36,768 nt of DNA, from NCBI GenBank assembly GCA_027604505.1, contig JADIIX010000009.1:248001-284768 (forward strand), written 5' to 3'. Below the pieces are notes generated by a model. It was not told where the DNA came from. It worked only from the letters and a program-made list of their open reading frames with translations, and made no database searches. Shown here one piece after another: positions 35,001 through 36,768 of this stretch. Position numbers and translations under genes: made by a program. How positions within the stretch are numbered: the stretch's first letter is position 1; every line of letters begins with the position of its first letter. The DNA is from Gonapodya sp. JEL0774. Lineage: Eukaryota.

Positions 35001-36474
35001 AATGATTACACTTTTGGTAGGGAGTTAATAGACACATGGGATAAGCGTGTTCTTGGTGCAATGCTTCTTGAATGCTTAACATCTGACTGGAGTAGTGGTG
35101 ACCAAAGTGGGGTTTCAACATTGCTTGCCCCCATTGCTGAAAGCATTCAGCAGAATTCTTATGAGACTGCTGTAAATTTGGGAAGAAATCTTCCACTTGA
35201 AATATCTCCAGACTGTACCTTTCTCTCTGATGCAGCACAAATGCTTAACAGTAGGCATTCTTCAGATATATTCACCTCAGAGCTTCAAAGATTCTATTGC
35301 AGTAGAGACATTATCATTTCTGAAAGTCCAAAAAATCTCTTGATTGAAATTGTAAAAGCTTCAGAAATGTGGGCTAACCGAATCAGGAGCTCAATCCAGT
35401 CTTCCATTTTTGAGCATAATGTTGTAATTGAGTATGCTGCTAAAAAGTGCAGCTTTGACAAACTCTGCTCAACATTCACTCCACATAAGGCATTTTCAAA
35501 AGCAATTGATATTGCTTTATTTGAGAATTTGGGCAGTTACAGGATTCTCTTGAACTTGGTTCTGGCAACATTTGACAGTTTTCAATTTTTGTTTTCAGCA
35601 ACAGAGCCTGCAGATGTAATGGTTAATCAAATTGCAGAGGATATCAGTAAAAATTTTCTACCTAAGATTTGGTGTGAAAGTGGTATGCTGTATGCTACAA
35701 GACTTAGTTTTCTGTTGTGGCTTGATGACCTTCTGGAGAGGATGAACTACATCAAAAGTTGGTATGAAGCACGAAAAAATGCAATCTCAGCCAAGCTTTT
35801 AGGTTCATATACTGTGGGAATAATAAGCTATGATTTGTCAAAAGTATTCTCTCCCCATTCAATCCTTAGTGGTGAGTTGAGTACCAGAAACAACATTCTG
35901 TTCTCTCATTCCGGATTTCTTCTACAGCTGTGCTGAGAGACCACGCAGTAATGTCAAAAGATGCCTTAGAGCAACTCCAGTTTGATGTAGTCTGCTTGAC
36001 TTCCAGGCAAATTGCACCTCCAGACCTGGGTTGCTTTATTACAGGACTCAGTCTTTGTGGGGCATCATGGGACCCGAACCGAAATCACCTCAGAGACTCA
36101 AGAAGCTGGGAGAACTATGGAAACCTTCCATTGGTGAGTGCAACTTCTTCCAGTGCACCATGTCCCACAGTTACTTCTGGTTTGTTCACTGCCAACTTTG
36201 TCAGATGTGGTTTCAGCCTACCCACATTGATTTGTCTGATTCAGTATCCAGCTCACCCAGTCCCAGTAATAACCCAGGGAGTAAAAAAAATCATCAAAGA
36301 TATCGATGTCCACTATTTGTGTACAGACCAGATTTGGCTGCCCCAGAAGCATTTCGGCAACACCATACTGTTGGTGAGCCGGGGTTGTTTGTTACAAATG
36401 TAGACTTAAGCACAGATACTCCAGCAAAGCATTGGTTGAAAAAGGGAGTGTCGTTGGTCTGCCAGAGAGATTGA
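20012..36474 (+). CDS. Divergent axonemal (inner-arm, DNAH1-type tail) dynein heavy chain, roughly 5,000 aa (estimate)
   Basis: Phase-compatible GT-AG splicing links exons from 20012 to the stop at 36472-36474. DNAH1-like tail motifs (PLEYFDDEALYETKSPETW; VVSYD...VKRLNLMFEDE; YERTRLKDFLVLVGKML), LRNPSLRSKHW, linker FPRFYFLGNDELL, YGFEY, AAA1-AAA6 remnants, stalk/MTBD (ALPAV...ISELRS...PP...FNKD...FDP...WVLAVESY), LLGDSLLAA, and C-terminal HWLKKGVSLVC. The true start may lie upstream because 20012 follows an AG acceptor. Confidence 0.92.
31964..32026 (+). other. In-frame, stop-free 63-nt intron inside the dynein microtubule-binding domain
   Basis: GAG|GTAAGT...TCTAAG|GCT. Removal converts IME-VSCFTWTAGTQGDFSCKFMSK-ALCV to the conserved IMEALCV helix. 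Confidence 0.85.
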
Positions 36475-36768
36475 CCTATGTAAAATGGTTTAATTATTAT
36501 CACAGTTTTTTCATGAAATTGTTGAAGAACCTCAGAACTCAGAAACTTTCATCCAATCACTTTTACCAGTTTAACTCTGTCATTGGTAATGTGGTGTGCA
36601 TGTGTCACATTTTTGACATAAAATCAATGCAAGATAGACATGTGAAATGATGTAAGATTACCATAATCTCTTCAACAATTGGGAGACATGCGTATTCAGA
36701 ATGTTAGCAAATCTAGTCTAGGGTTTCCCCATGAGTCATGTTCAACACATTGGGGATAGACAGTTCTA

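Noticed and set aside
20012..36474. Dynein broken into many ORFs, suggesting a pseudogene
   Set aside because: Each break I examined is explained by a short GT-AG intron that restores the frame and conserved motifs; I found no exonic stop or frameshift.
1..36768. Prokaryotic or mobile systems (CRISPR, defence operons, transposase/RT/integrase), tRNA or rRNA
   Set aside because: No repeat-spacer array, terminal repeats, transposase or RT motifs, or cloverleaf were seen; the sequence is spliceosomal-intron-rich eukaryotic DNA.

Overview
Eukaryotic, gene-dense, intron-rich DNA (mostly 50-110 nt GT-AG introns, so the six-frame ORFs are exon fragments). An axonemal dynein together with fungal-type genes (Nrp1-like, Pxa1/Nvj3-like) suggests a flagellated early-diverging (chytrid-like) fungus; this is inference. 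Eight genes, all on the + strand: the 3' end of a NUDT19-like Nudix hydrolase, a USP35/USP38-like deubiquitinase, an Nrp1-like DEDDh-exonuclease/RRM/5xRanBP2-finger protein, acireductone dioxygenase ADI1, RAD52, a 2OG-Fe(II) dioxygenase, a PXA+PXC protein, and a ~16.5 kb axonemal dynein heavy-chain gene. The best lead is the dynein. It has a DNAH1-type tail, a well-conserved microtubule-binding domain and a reading frame that stays open after splicing, yet the AAA1 catalytic set (Walker B Glu, sensor II Arg, trans Arg finger) is substituted, making it a candidate hydrolysis-dead 'pseudo-motor'. Its gene body is also visibly CpG-depleted relative to the first ~22 kb. No rRNA, tRNA, CRISPR array or recognisable transposon was found. 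All motif comparisons were made by eye from remembered consensus sequences.
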